Shown: positions 51,053 through 62,624 of the stretch, in pieces | Numbering within the stretch: the first letter of the stretch is position 1 | How the letters are laid out: every line of letters starts with the position of its first letter | DNA from: Stegostoma tigrinum | Lineage: Eukaryota | DNA: 64,000 bases | Reading direction: 5' to 3' | Assembly (NCBI RefSeq): GCF_030684315.1 | Contig: NC_081387.1 | Span: forward strand, 18,355,309-18,419,308 | Program-made: the position numbers and the translations under genes | The notes under the pieces: generated by a model | Databases searched by the model: none | Told to the model about the DNA's origin: nothing | What the model saw: only the letters and a program-made list of their open reading frames with translations

Positions 51053-52410
51053 CATGTTTTCCCCCTTGGTCCAGGAACTCCCTACCTACGTCCATGACGC
51101 CAACCACGCCCTCCACCTCCTCCAGAACTTCCATTTCCCCGGTCCCCAACACCTTATCTTTACCATGGACGTCCATTCCCGACACATCTGAATTCCCCAC
51201 ACAGATGGCCATAAGGCCCTCCGCTTCTTCTTGACCCATAAGCCAGAACAGTCCCCTTCCACTTACACCCTCATCCGCTGAGCCAAACCCATCCTCACCC
51301 TCAACAACTTCTCTTTCAATTCCTCCCACTTTCTGCAGACAATGAGGGTGCCCATGGGTACCTGCATGGGCCCAAGCTATGCCTGCCTCTTTGTAGGTTG
51401 TGTGGAACAATCCCTATTCCGTAGCTACTCTGGCTCTAAACCCCACCTCTTCCTCCGTTCCATTGATGATTGTATTGGCGCTGCCTTGTGCTCCCACGAG
51501 GAGCTTGAACAGTTCATCCACTTCACTAACACCTTCCACCCCAACCTTAAGTTCACCTGGACTATCTCCCATCTCTCTCTCTCCTTCCTGGAACTCTATC
51601 GTTCCATCTCCAGCAACCATCTAGAAACCGATATACACTTCAAGCGCACCGACTCCCAAAGCTACTGAGAATGCACCTCCTCCCACCCACCTTCCTGCAA
51701 AAATGTCATCCACTGTTCCCAATTCCTTCGCCTCAGCCACATCTGCTCCGAGGATGAAGCATTCCACTCCCGTACATCTCAAATGTCCTCGTTTTTCAAG
51801 GACCACAACCTCCCTCCCGTCAGTGGTCGGGAATGCCCTCGAACATATCTCCTGCATTTCCCGTAAATCATTCTTCACACTCTCTCCCCGCAATAACAAC
51901 CAAAGCAGAATCCATTTGCTCTTTATGTACCACCCCACCAACCTTCAGATCCAAAGCATCATCATCTGTCACTTCTGCCGTCTGCAATCCGACCCCACCA
52001 CCAAAGGCATTTTTCCCTCCCACTCTTATCTGCTTTCCAGATGGATCATTCTCTCCATGACTCCCTTCTCCGCAGGAAGTGCTACACCTGACCCTCCACC
52101 TCCCACCTCACCCCTATCCCTGGCCCCAGGACGACTTTCCACATTAAGCAGATGTTCACTTGCACATCTGCTAAAGTAGTATACTGTATCCGCTGTTCTC
52201 ATTGTGGCCTCCTCTACATCGGGGAAAACAAGCGGAGGTTCGGGGACTGCTTTGCGGAATATCTCCACTCGGTTCGCAATAAACAGCCTCACCTCCTAAC
52301 AACGAACAATTTCAACTCCCCCTCCCATTCCTCAGACGACCTGACCATCCTGGTCCTCCTGCTGTGCCACAACGATGCCACCTGCAGGAACAGCATCACA
52401 TACTCCACTT
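51053..52410 (+). mobile_element. Penelope-like element RT and GIY-YIG region (degenerate)
   Basis: PMGTCMGPSYACLF, FLRSIDDC, VVYCIRCSHCGLLYIGENKRR. Confidence 0.85.
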
Positions 52411-52729
52411 GAGAACCCGGTTGAATCATCGATGAACATCCCCACTTCTAATTTTAAGAATGCACGAAGGTCCTTGTTGAAGCAGCTGAAAATGCTCGGG
52501 CCTCAGACTCTATCTTCAGAAGCTCCTGCAGAGGTCTCCTGGAGCTGAGGCAACTGACCTTCAACAACTATGACGACCTTCCTCTGTGTCTGGTACGTCT
52601 CCAACTACCAGAATGTTTGCCCTCTGATACTCATGGATTACATTTTTCTCGTGCTCTTTGATTCCACAGTCGGACAAATGCAGACTTGATATCAACCTCT
52701 TTCTTGCTGAACAAAGCGACCTCGGGCTG

Positions 52730-53362
52730 CGGCTGCACAGTTCTTTGGCAGTGGAGTTCAAAGTAGACAACGTGGCAAAGAAGATGTTTGGCATGTGTTT
52801 TTTCATTGGTCAGAGCACTGAGTATAACAATTGTAATGTCATGGTGTGGCTGCACTGGGTATCTGTGAGGCCAATCTTAAAATACTGTGTACAGTTATGA
52901 TCTGATGAGGGATGTCCGAGCTATGGAGGTCGTGCAAGTCATTTTACCAGTCTGATTGCTGGGATGGCAAAACTGACATGTAAGGAGATATTGGATTAGT
53001 TAGGATTTTATAAAATTCTAAAATGCATCGATAGGGTTCAGGTCCAGAATCTTTTTATCAGAGTTGGAATGTCTCATACTGGGGGCGTGCATTGAAGGTT
53101 GGGGGAAAGTTCAAACGGGATACGATGGGTAAGTTTTTTACACAGAGAATTGCAGGAATGTGAAATGCACTGCCAGGGGAGGTGGTCGAGATAGATACAA
53201 TAGGGACATTAAAGGAACTTTTAGATAAGCACACAAACAGACAAGCAGTGGAAGGGTACAGACCAAGGGCCAGCAGAAAGGACTGGTTTAAAATGGCATC
53301 CTGTTCAGCTCAACATTGTAGGCTAAAGGCCCCGCTGTTGTGCTGTACAGTTCAATGTCTTA
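52730..53362 (+). mobile_element. CR1 3' fragments
   Basis: VRPILKYCVQ; tatgttctatgtttctatg tail. Confidence 0.7.
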
Positions 53363-53617
53363 TGTTCTATGTTTCTATGTTGTGAGGACAGGCAAATGCA
53401 TGGTGGATTGAGATGGCAGGTGGAGCAAAGTGAGGTTATCCAATTTGATAAAATGAAAAGGCAGATGGCTTATTATCTGAATGGTGATACATTTGCAGTA
53501 AGGAGTTGCAAAACATCCTGGATGTCCTTGTAAACAAATTCCTGAAAGTAAGAATGCAGGAGCAGCAGATAGTGAAGAAAGCAAATGAAATGTCATCGAC
53601 ACAGCAAGAATATTTTC

Positions 53618-54868
53618 AGAGATAATGGGAACTGCAGATGCTCGAGAATTCCAAGATAATAAAATGTGAGGCTGGATGAACACAGCAGGCCAAGCAGCAT
53701 CTCAGGAGCACAAAAGTTGACGTTTTGGGCCTAGACCCTTCACCAGAGAGGGGGATGGGGAGAGGGAACTGGAATAAATAGGGAGAGACGGGGAGGCGGA
53801 CCGAAGATGGAGAGTAAAGAAGATAGGTGGAGAGACTATAGGTGGTGAGGTAGGGAGGGGATAGGTCAGTCCAGGGAAGATGGACAGGTCAAGGAGGTGG
53901 GATGAGGTTAGTAGGTAGATGGGGGTGCGGCTTGGGGTGGGAGGAAGGGATGGGTGAGAGGAAGAACCGGTTAGGGAGGCAGAGACAGGTTGGACTGGTT
54001 TTGGGATGCAGTGGGTGGGGGGGAAGAGCTGGGCTGGTTGTGTGGTGCAGTGGGGGGAGGGGACGAACTGGGCTGGTTTAGGGATGCAGTAGGGGAAGGG
54101 GAGATTTTGAAACTGGCGAAGTCCACATTGACACCATATGGTTGCAGGGTTCCCAGGCGGAATATGAGTTGCTGTTCCTGCAACTTCGGGTGGCATCATT
54201 GTTGCACTGCAGGAGGCCCATGATGGACATGTCATCTAGAGAATGGGAGTGGGAGTGGAAATGGTTTGCGACTGGGAGGTGCAGTTGTTTGTTGCGAACT
54301 GAGCGGAGGTGTTCTGCAAAGCGGTCCCCAAGCCTCCGCTTGGTTTCCCCAATGTAGAAGAAGTCGCACTGGGTACAGTGGATGCAGTATCCCACATTGG
54401 CAGATGTGCAGGTGAACCTCTGCTTAATGTGGAATGTCATCTTGGGGCCTGGGATAGGGGTGAGGGAGGAGGTGTGGGGACAAGTGTAACATTTCCTGGG
54501 GTTGCAGGGGAAGGTGCTGGGTGTGGTGGGGTTGGAGGGCAGTGTGGAGCGAGCAAGGTAGTCACGGAGAGAGTGGTCTCTCCGGAAAGCAGACAGGGGT
54601 GGGGATGGAAAAATGTCTAGGGTGGTGGGGTCGGATTGTAAATGGCGGAAGTGTCGGAGGATGATGCGTTGTATCCGGAGGTTGGTAGGGTGGTGTGTGA
54701 GAACGAGGGGAAACCTCTTAGGGCGGTTGTGGCGGGGGCGGGGTGTGAGGGATGTGTTGCGGGAAACATGGGAGTCCCGGTCAAGGGCGTTCTCGATCAC
54801 TGTGGGGTGAAATTTGCGGTGCTTAAAGAACTTGGACATCTGGGATGTGTGGGAGTGGAATGTCTTAT
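53618..54868 (-). mobile_element. Young Penelope-like 3' part (GIY-YIG ORF 54078-54839 plus pLTR)
   Basis: VGYCIHCTQCDFFYIGETKRRLGDRFAEH; terminus matches 28571-28699. Confidence 0.9.
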
Positions 54869-57442
54869 TTGAATATTTGAATATTGGGACAGGGATGTCT
54901 TGCTACAATTGTCTAAATCCTTGGAGCGACCACACTGAAACTATTTGTGAAGTTTTGGACTTTTCATCTGGTGAATGATGTTTTAACGATGGAGGGATTT
55001 TGGAGAATTTTAACCCGCTGTTTGGATGGCAGGGCTGACTTATGAAGGAAGACAGATTAGATCGTTCAAGTGTATACTCGTCGAAGGCTATAGGAAAGGC
55101 AGAGTGTGGTGTATGTATATCTAAAAATTATATAAAGCTCTAAGACAATTGCACAGAGCAAGAAGAGGAGGAATGATCCAAAGACCAGGGTGTCCAGAGG
55201 CTGACGTCACAGTCTTAGGAAACAGAGTAGAGTATTCAGGTCTGAGATGATGAGAAACCTCTTCACCTAAAGAATGGTGAGCTTCTGTAATTCCCTGCAA
55301 CCGGAACAGGTTGAGGTGAAAACATCAAATGTACTCAAGTGGAAGTTAATTTTGTTCTTAGGGATACAGGGATCAAGCCGTGTGAGGAGAAAGCAAGAAT
55401 GGGATCCTGAGTTGGATGAAATTGTGATTCCCAGAATTTCAAAATGACAGCAATTTTAAACTGAAGAACTATCACTGAATGTGTTGTTTTGAATTACGTA
55501 GACGTCAGTAAGTCAAAAGAAAGGAGTTTACTTAACGACACAAATTCACTTGCAATTCATGATAAACATAATTGTTCTCCTTTAAAGAACATATCCAACA
55601 TTGACTTCTCCAACACATTTACTGAACAGTCCAATCATCATTTGGAGCACAACTTTCAGAGATAATTCTGCCACAACTCTACATTTCCTCCAATGGAATT
55701 CTACATACTTTCTTGGAGGATTTTGCCACCAATTACCTTCTTAAAGCAGCCCCCAAACAAACAATGCTCCACAAGCACAGTCTTCTTCAAAATGATGGGC
55801 TGCTGTGGAACCTCCTCAGCACTGTTCATGAGAATATTCATATTGTTGTCCCACCAGTCGCCTTTATCTGATGCTTCAGTTACAGCTGTGTACAATGTCT
55901 GTTCGTAATCAGCACCTCATTCCAGAAAAATAAAGGAAGCAGTGACTGGCTTCTTAGTACTCCTCCAATTTTGTTCTTTTTCCTCCTATTGACTACAGCT
56001 TCCAGTTCACTCCAATCAAGAGTTTGGACCACTCCAGGCCTGTCACATTTCACATCCGATGTTTTTTCTATCACTTCAGGAGCTCTTGACTTTGAAATAA
56101 AAGCTGATAAAACCTTGATTCCTTTTGTCAATAATTGAGGAAAAAAATGTTTAACACACTTACGGTTTCAATAACGATTTCATTTCCAGCTGCCCTCTTT
56201 TCTGAGGATTCCTTCAAAATCCCCAACACTACAATTGGTGTCCCACTGAAACTCCAACAATTGTATTTCAATCATCATTTGAATGGATGCATGTCATTTT
56301 CGTGATGTCATTTTTGGTTTAGAATTTTCAGTTTTATGAGCTTTGCATCCTTCAGCTTTCTCCCAAACTCTCGTCCCATCCCCAGATATTCTGTCCCTCC
56401 TATCTACTTCTGAATTCCAACATAACCATCAGGCAACATGAAATGACGTATGTGAGACATCATCGGCATTTGCTAAAACTACTGCATCGTGTATATTTGA
56501 CACATGGCTTGATACTTGACAAAGTAGACATAGAAACAATGTTTTCTCATGTGTGGAAATCCAGAACAAGACTCATCATTTTAGAATAACAGGTCACTGA
56601 TTTAATACAGAGATGAAGAGACATTTCTTCCCACAAGGGTATCTATGTAATGAGTGGTGAATGCTGATGTAGGAAATTTTCAAAAGAGTTTAACAGATTT
56701 TATATTCGTGAGGGATTAAAGTGTTATGGTTTTCCTGGTACCTAAGACAAAAAGTAAAATTCTGTGTTACATTGCCATGTATTAGTTTTACCAGAACTTT
56801 ATTCTAATGTTCAGTAAGGTGTTGGCTCCTTCCAGAAATTTCTTGAACAATGGAAAGCCACTAAAATGAAACAGGAGAGTTAGAGGGATGTTGACAGCTT
56901 GGAAGTTGTGCGGACAACCACACTTGTCATGAGAATGAGAGGTTCTCACTGCTTATTGATGTCAGCGCATTGATTTGAGACATTTTACCACATGATTGTG
57001 AGACAGGAATTGAAAATACAAGCATAAAAAAAAGAGTTGGCCTCTTTGCACTTTCAGTCTGTCCTGCTGCTCAGTGAGATAATCGTTGATCATGATTTTG
57101 ACATCACCTTGATATTCCTGAATGGCCTCGATAATCTTTAATCCACTTTATCATCAAGAAACTTGCGAACCTGCAGTTTAAAAGAGCTTAAGATTCTGCA
57201 TCCACTGCTTTTTGAGGAAGGGAATCTCAAAGACTGTCAACCCTCCGAGAGAAATCTTTTATTGTCCTCTCTGTCTTAAAAGGGCAAAACCTTATATTTA
57301 AGCAATGGACCAAGTGCTGGTGCGACGGTGAGGGTGGGCGATGGCCAGTCAGTAATTTTGCTTAGAATCCTTTCTCATTTCTCACTGGATACATAATGAA
57401 AGGGAGGAAGAGGAGGGGCAGATTGGAATGGTGCAATTGTGG

Positions 57443-57859
57443 GCTCATGTGGCATTCTTGTATGATTTCTCTTCAAGGGCAAGAAGGACTGGGTTATAGT
57501 ATCACTTTATCCAGGGACAAATGTAACACAGTTTGATTGAAATGGGTGAAACTCGAAGCTGTATCCCTCACTCCTGGATGAGCTTACACTCCACAATCAA
57601 TTAAGGTCACACCAAGGCAGGCAGCTCCCTCATGGCCCTCTGAGAAGCCAACGCTGAGAGATGATGACCCGAATTCTCTGGTGATCACAGTGCTCAGTGT
57701 AAATACTGCTCAAGGATGTGAGATATTAACTTGTTTGTTAAAAATGCTGAGATTAATGAAATCTTAATGAATGAAATTCAGTGGAGGATTGTCTTGTGTA
57801 TATATTGAGCGTGTTTCAATGCATTGCCTCATTATGACTGTTCTGGCTTGCACCTGAAA
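57443..57859 (+). promoter_or_regulatory. Conserved GPCR upstream block with TATATAT at 57799
   Basis: Homologous to 9995-10407; TATA-like element starts 61 nt before the ATG. Confidence 0.65.
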
Positions 57860-57923
57860 ATGGCACCTGGGGCACTTCCAATAGAAATTCTCTTTCCCAT
57901 TCTTGCAATCTTTGGAATTCCTG
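57860..57923 (+). CDS. GPR139-like: GPR139-like copy 5 exon 1 (MAPGALPIEILFPILAIFGIP)
   Basis: aaaATGG start context, G|gtaag donor, phase 1. Confidence 0.9.
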
Positions 57924-58099
57924 GTAAGTTGGTAACAGCCGCTTTGACATTTTTCTTGCCTGTTCGGTTTTGAATTGAGTCTCTGCAATTTGGACCTACT
58001 CCAACCAAATGAATCTCCTCCTTGTTATTGAGTTTGTCTGCTCTTCATTACTGCTAGTTTCAGTTTGAGAGCAATTCCTCCTGCCTGGGTTAGAAACGA

Positions 58100-59430
58100 C
58101 TGTGCTTCACCTTAATGAAGAATACATGAAAATGACAGAGGACTGAAACAGATATTTTACATCATTCCTTACGATGGATGACACTTTGAGCATGTTACCA
58201 TTGCTACAGAGTATGGTGGATTATTTAAGTCCTATCTCCATTGCTGAAGAAGGAATATTTGAAAAATTATTGGAGCTAAAGAAAAATATGTTCCTGGGTC
58301 TGATCCAAAAAGAGATACAGAATGCTTTGGCTGTAATTTACTCAAATACATGGGTTGTGGAGAATTACCAGAGGTTTGGAAAACTGAAAATGTGACACTG
58401 CCATTCCAAAAGAAACGAAGGCAAAACATGGGTTATTATATCGATTGTTGAAAATACATTGGAATCAATTCGTAAAGATGAGATCGCGTACCGTTTGGAA
58501 AATTTTAATCACATCAGGCAGAGTCAGCTGAGCTCCATGAAAGGAAAATTGTGAGTGGCAAATTTATTGCAAAACGTAGCCTCATCGAGATGGAAAGAGG
58601 GAAATCAGTAGATGTGTTTTAATTGGGATTTGCGAATGAGTTCAACAGTGTCCCTCACAGAAGGTGGAGTCATAACAGTCAATGTTCTTGGAGGTAGATT
58701 ATTGGTTAGGATGGAGAATGGTCCAAGAGACAGCGAGAGTTGATGCTGTATTCATTTGTAGTTTTGTCATCCATGATCTGTGGGATACCACAGGGATCAG
58801 TGTTGAGATTGCTACTGTTTACAGTATATATTCACAACTTGGAGGAAGAAATGAATGTACTGCAGCTAAATTTGCAGATGACATCTAAGCATAGTTGGAA
58901 AAGTAGATTGTGGGAAGGTACAATGTTTTGCAGAAAGATATTGATAGGGTAAACAAATCATTGTCAAATGGAGAGTAATGTGGAAACATGTCATGTTGTT
59001 CATTTTGGAGGGTAGAACAAAAGGACAGAGTTTTATATGAACAGAAAAAATCTACAGAAAGCTGGAAGACAAATTGAGTTGAGGTACTTGCACATGAAAC
59101 ATCGAAAGCTAGCACAAAGGTGCAACCAGTCGCTTGGCAGGGTCACGGAATATTGGTCCATATTTCAAACCATATGTTACACCGCTGGGGTACTGTGTGC
59201 AGTTTTCGTCCTGTTATTGAGGAAAAGAAAAAAACTACATCAGAAGCTATTCAGACAAGGAGCATCAGCATGATCAAGTGTGGAGGAACTGTGTTATGAG
59301 CAAAAATTAAAAGATTGGGTCTCTTCTCACAGGAATGTAGAAGATTGAGAGTTGACCTTATTGAAACATATTGGATTCTTAAGGAGCTTGACCAGTAAAT
59401 GGTGGAGGATCATTCCCTTCATGGGAGTTC
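58100..59430 (+). mobile_element. Old CR1 remnants in intron of copy 5
   Basis: GIPQGSVL; KFADDI. Confidence 0.75.
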
Positions 59431-59570
59431 TTTGGCTGTTTCTGCGTTCCCCTGAAAATGGGACCACAACCTGTTCTAATAGAAATTCTAACAGAAATTC
59501 TCCTTCCCACCATTGTAATCCTTGAAATTCCTGATTAAACCTGTTGTGATATTTTTCTTGCATGTTCAGT
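59431..59570 (+). other. Shadow exon 1 in intron of copy 5 (ATG 59458, in-frame 12-nt duplication, no donor)
   Basis: MGPQPVLIEILTEILLPTIVILEIP followed by G|att. Confidence 0.75.
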
Positions 59571-60496
59571 CACGAAGTGTCCCTGAGAGAGTAATCAAAC
59601 AGTAAAGGAATGATGAATTAATTCTGAGATTAGGAGGAATTTGTTCCCTCAGTGGGTTGTGTGTTTGGAACTTTTTTCCACAGACAGAGCTGTGGAGGCA
59701 GAATCCTCTTTATGTTTCACACTGAGACACACAGATTCTCGATGGCAGTGGCAGACGTTTCAGACATTTCAAAATGACAACTTTTTTGATGGAAGTAAAC
59801 CACAGAAGAGGAGAATGGGAACATATGAATGAGAAGCTGGAATGGGCCAATTGGCGCTTTGAACTGCTTCCACCTTTCAGAGGGACCATGGTTTGAGTGA
59901 TCTCCACTGTCCTGCCTGCATTCCATTGCCCTTGAATCCCTTGTGTGTCGAAAATGTATCTAACTCACTCTTCTAGATTCAGCCACAACTATGTGTTGGG
60001 GGAGAGGATCCATATAATAACCAACTTCTGAGAGAGTAAAAATCTCCTTATCTCTATTTGAAATGGGAAACTGCTTATTCCTAAACTGTGTCCTCAATTT
60101 TAATCTCCTCACTCAAAAGAAAACCATTTCCACGTGTTCCACATTATCCAGTTCCCTCAAGATCTTAAAGGTTTCAATGAGATCACCTCACATCCTTCTG
60201 AATTCGAATGGATACAGGCATAAACTTTCTTCACAAAACAAGATCGTAATCAACTTGTGAGACAGGTAAATCTTCTCTGATCTGTTTCTGAATGAGAAAG
60301 AAAACGTTCTCTTGAAGTTTGGAGACCAAGCAGTGCAAAATCACCTTCTAATTAATCCCACAATACAGACAATGTGTTGCTGATGGCACGATGTTTCGTT
60401 GTTATACAAGCCTCGAATGACCAGCAGCATCTCAGAGACTTGCAATTACTGACCTCATCTGTGCACATATCGACTGATTGTTCTTTCTGTCTTCAG

Positions 60497-61440
60497 CGAA
60501 TCTGATGACACTGTTGGTTCTTTCTCAAGAGAAGTGTGGCCTTTCCCGAGGAATCACTTGCTACATGAGGGCCATGGCAATCGCAGATTTAATGGTACTT
60601 GTCTTCAACGTGATTGTGAATGAGATCATCGTGAATCATTTCCCAGACACGCTGATGAAATACACTTCCATGTGCCAACTCAATGCTTTCCTGCAAGGGC
60701 TGAGCCTTCAGCTCGCCATCTGGTTCACCACAGCCTTCACCTTTGACCGCTCTGTAGCAATTTGCTGCCACAGATTGAAGGCGAGATATTGCACTGAAAG
60801 AACGGCCAATGTGGTCATATCCACTGTGAGCGTGCTTAACATTATAATCAACATTCCCTTACCTTTTCGCTGTGAGGCTGCTTATGTTGTGAACAGTGTA
60901 CAGTGGGGCTGCCACACCATCACCAGTTATCACACTTCACCAGGCTGGGCAGCTCACCAGTGGGTCACCAACATCTCAAACATGTTTCTTCCTATTCCCC
61001 TGCTACTGTTGTTGAATTCTCTCACTGCGCAGCACATCCTAGTGGCCAGCAGAGCTCGCCGAGCCCTGAAGAGCAGCATCAGCAGTGGTGGTTCTGGGAA
61101 GTTGGGCAGTGACCCCGAGCTGAATAGCAGGAGGACGTCCATCATTCTGCTCTTCACCATCTCTGGGTGCTTCGTGGTGCTGTCGATGCCCATCACTGTG
61201 ATCCATATCTGTGTCGGTGTCACCCAGACAGTGGCATTTGAAGGATCAAACTCACTCTATTTGGCAATCAGGGCGACAATTCTGATGATGTGTACCAGCT
61301 CCTGCAAAAACACATGTGTTTATGCATTGACCCAGAGGAGATTCAGAGAGGAAATGAAGAAACTGGTCAAATCTCCCTGTTCTATTCTCTGTAAGCTAAA
61401 TATGCAATTTTCATTTACGGAGAAGTTGATGGTGTCATGA
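60497..61440 (+). CDS. GPR139-like: GPR139-like orphan GPCR copy 5 exon 2; spliced CDS 64+944 nt = 335 aa, intact
   Basis: Acceptor cttcag at 60496; AMAIADL, FDRSVAICC, WGC, NTCVYALTQRRFREE; seven hydrophobic segments when joined to exon 1. Confidence 0.9.
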
Positions 61441-61804
61441 TGACCTCACTGAATCAACATTCCTCAGTACAAAGCTAATATTGTGGCTTCTGGGGACAAA
61501 GCCCTCCACGAAAGGCTTCCATTTAATTTAAAAAAAAACTCAACGAATGGTGACCACTGAGACATTACTGATTCTTAAGCTCGAAAGTTACTTGCCAGCT
61601 CAGAACTAACATCATTAATGAATTCTAGCATCTTTGATGGGTCTGTCCAACATGCGACATCAGGCCGATAGCCATGTTTTCGGCTCTTAACCGCCTTCTG
61701 GTCAATAGATGCCAATCTCATTAATGTCCAAATGAACACAATTTATGTGTCTCTGCATGGAAGCCATTTGACAAACTGTGATCTCCAGCATCTGAGATAT
61801 TAGG

Positions 61805-62620
61805 ACCTGCTGCAGCTGGAGAATCTGTGATAGTAGGGTGCTCGATGAACACAGCAGGCCAAGCAGCATCAGAGGAGCGGTAAAGGTGACGTTTCGGGCC
61901 TAGACCCTTCTTCAGAAATGTGGGAGGGGAAGGGGTTCTGAAATAAATAAGGAGAGAGAGGGAGGTGGATATAAGATGGCTAGAGGAGGAGACAGGTGGC
62001 GAGGAGACAGACAGGTCGAAGAGGTGGGGATGGAGCCAGTAAAGGTGAGTGTAGTTGGGGAGTAATGGCGGCTACATGTCAGTCCAGGGAAGATGGACAG
62101 GTCAAGGGGGCAGGAAGTGCTACACCTGCCTCTAGACATACCCTCACCCCCATCCCAGGCCCCAAGAAGACTTTATACATCAAGCAGATGTTCACCTGCA
62201 CATCTGCAAATGTGGTATCCTGTATCCACTGTTCCCATTGGGGCCACCTCTTCATCACGGAAACCAAGCAGAGGCTTGGGAACTGCGATGCACGGATCAC
62301 TCTAAACAACTGCAGTCTCAGTCCCGAACCATTTCAACAACCCCTCCCATTCCTCAGATGACATGTCCATCCTGGGCCTCCGGCAGTGCCACGACGATGC
62401 CACGCAAAGTTTGCAGGAATAGCACCTCATATTTTGCTTGGGAACTCTGCAGCCCAATGGTATCAATGTGGGTTTCATAAGCTTCAAAATCTCCAGTGCC
62501 CCACCACATCCAAAAAGCAGCCCAGCTTGTCCCTGCCTCCCTATCCTTCTTCCTTCTTATCCCCTCCTCCCACCTCAAGCCCCACCACCATCTCCGACCT
62601 ACTGGCCTCATCCCAACCGC
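61805..62620. mobile_element. Older inverted Penelope element (minus pLTR 61805-62110, plus GIY-YIG 62115-62620); hammerhead core at 61888-61915 (-)
   Basis: FTCTSANVVSCIHCSHWGHLFITETKQRLG; minus strand CTGAAGA agggtctaggccc GAAACGTC. Confidence 0.75.
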
Positions 62621-62624
62621 TTAG

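Noticed and set aside
54078-54839. 253-aa GIY-YIG ORF as a domesticated host nuclease
   Set aside because: It is the 3' part of a 5'-truncated Penelope with a frameshift near 54183, and has near-identical copies at 27-28 kb
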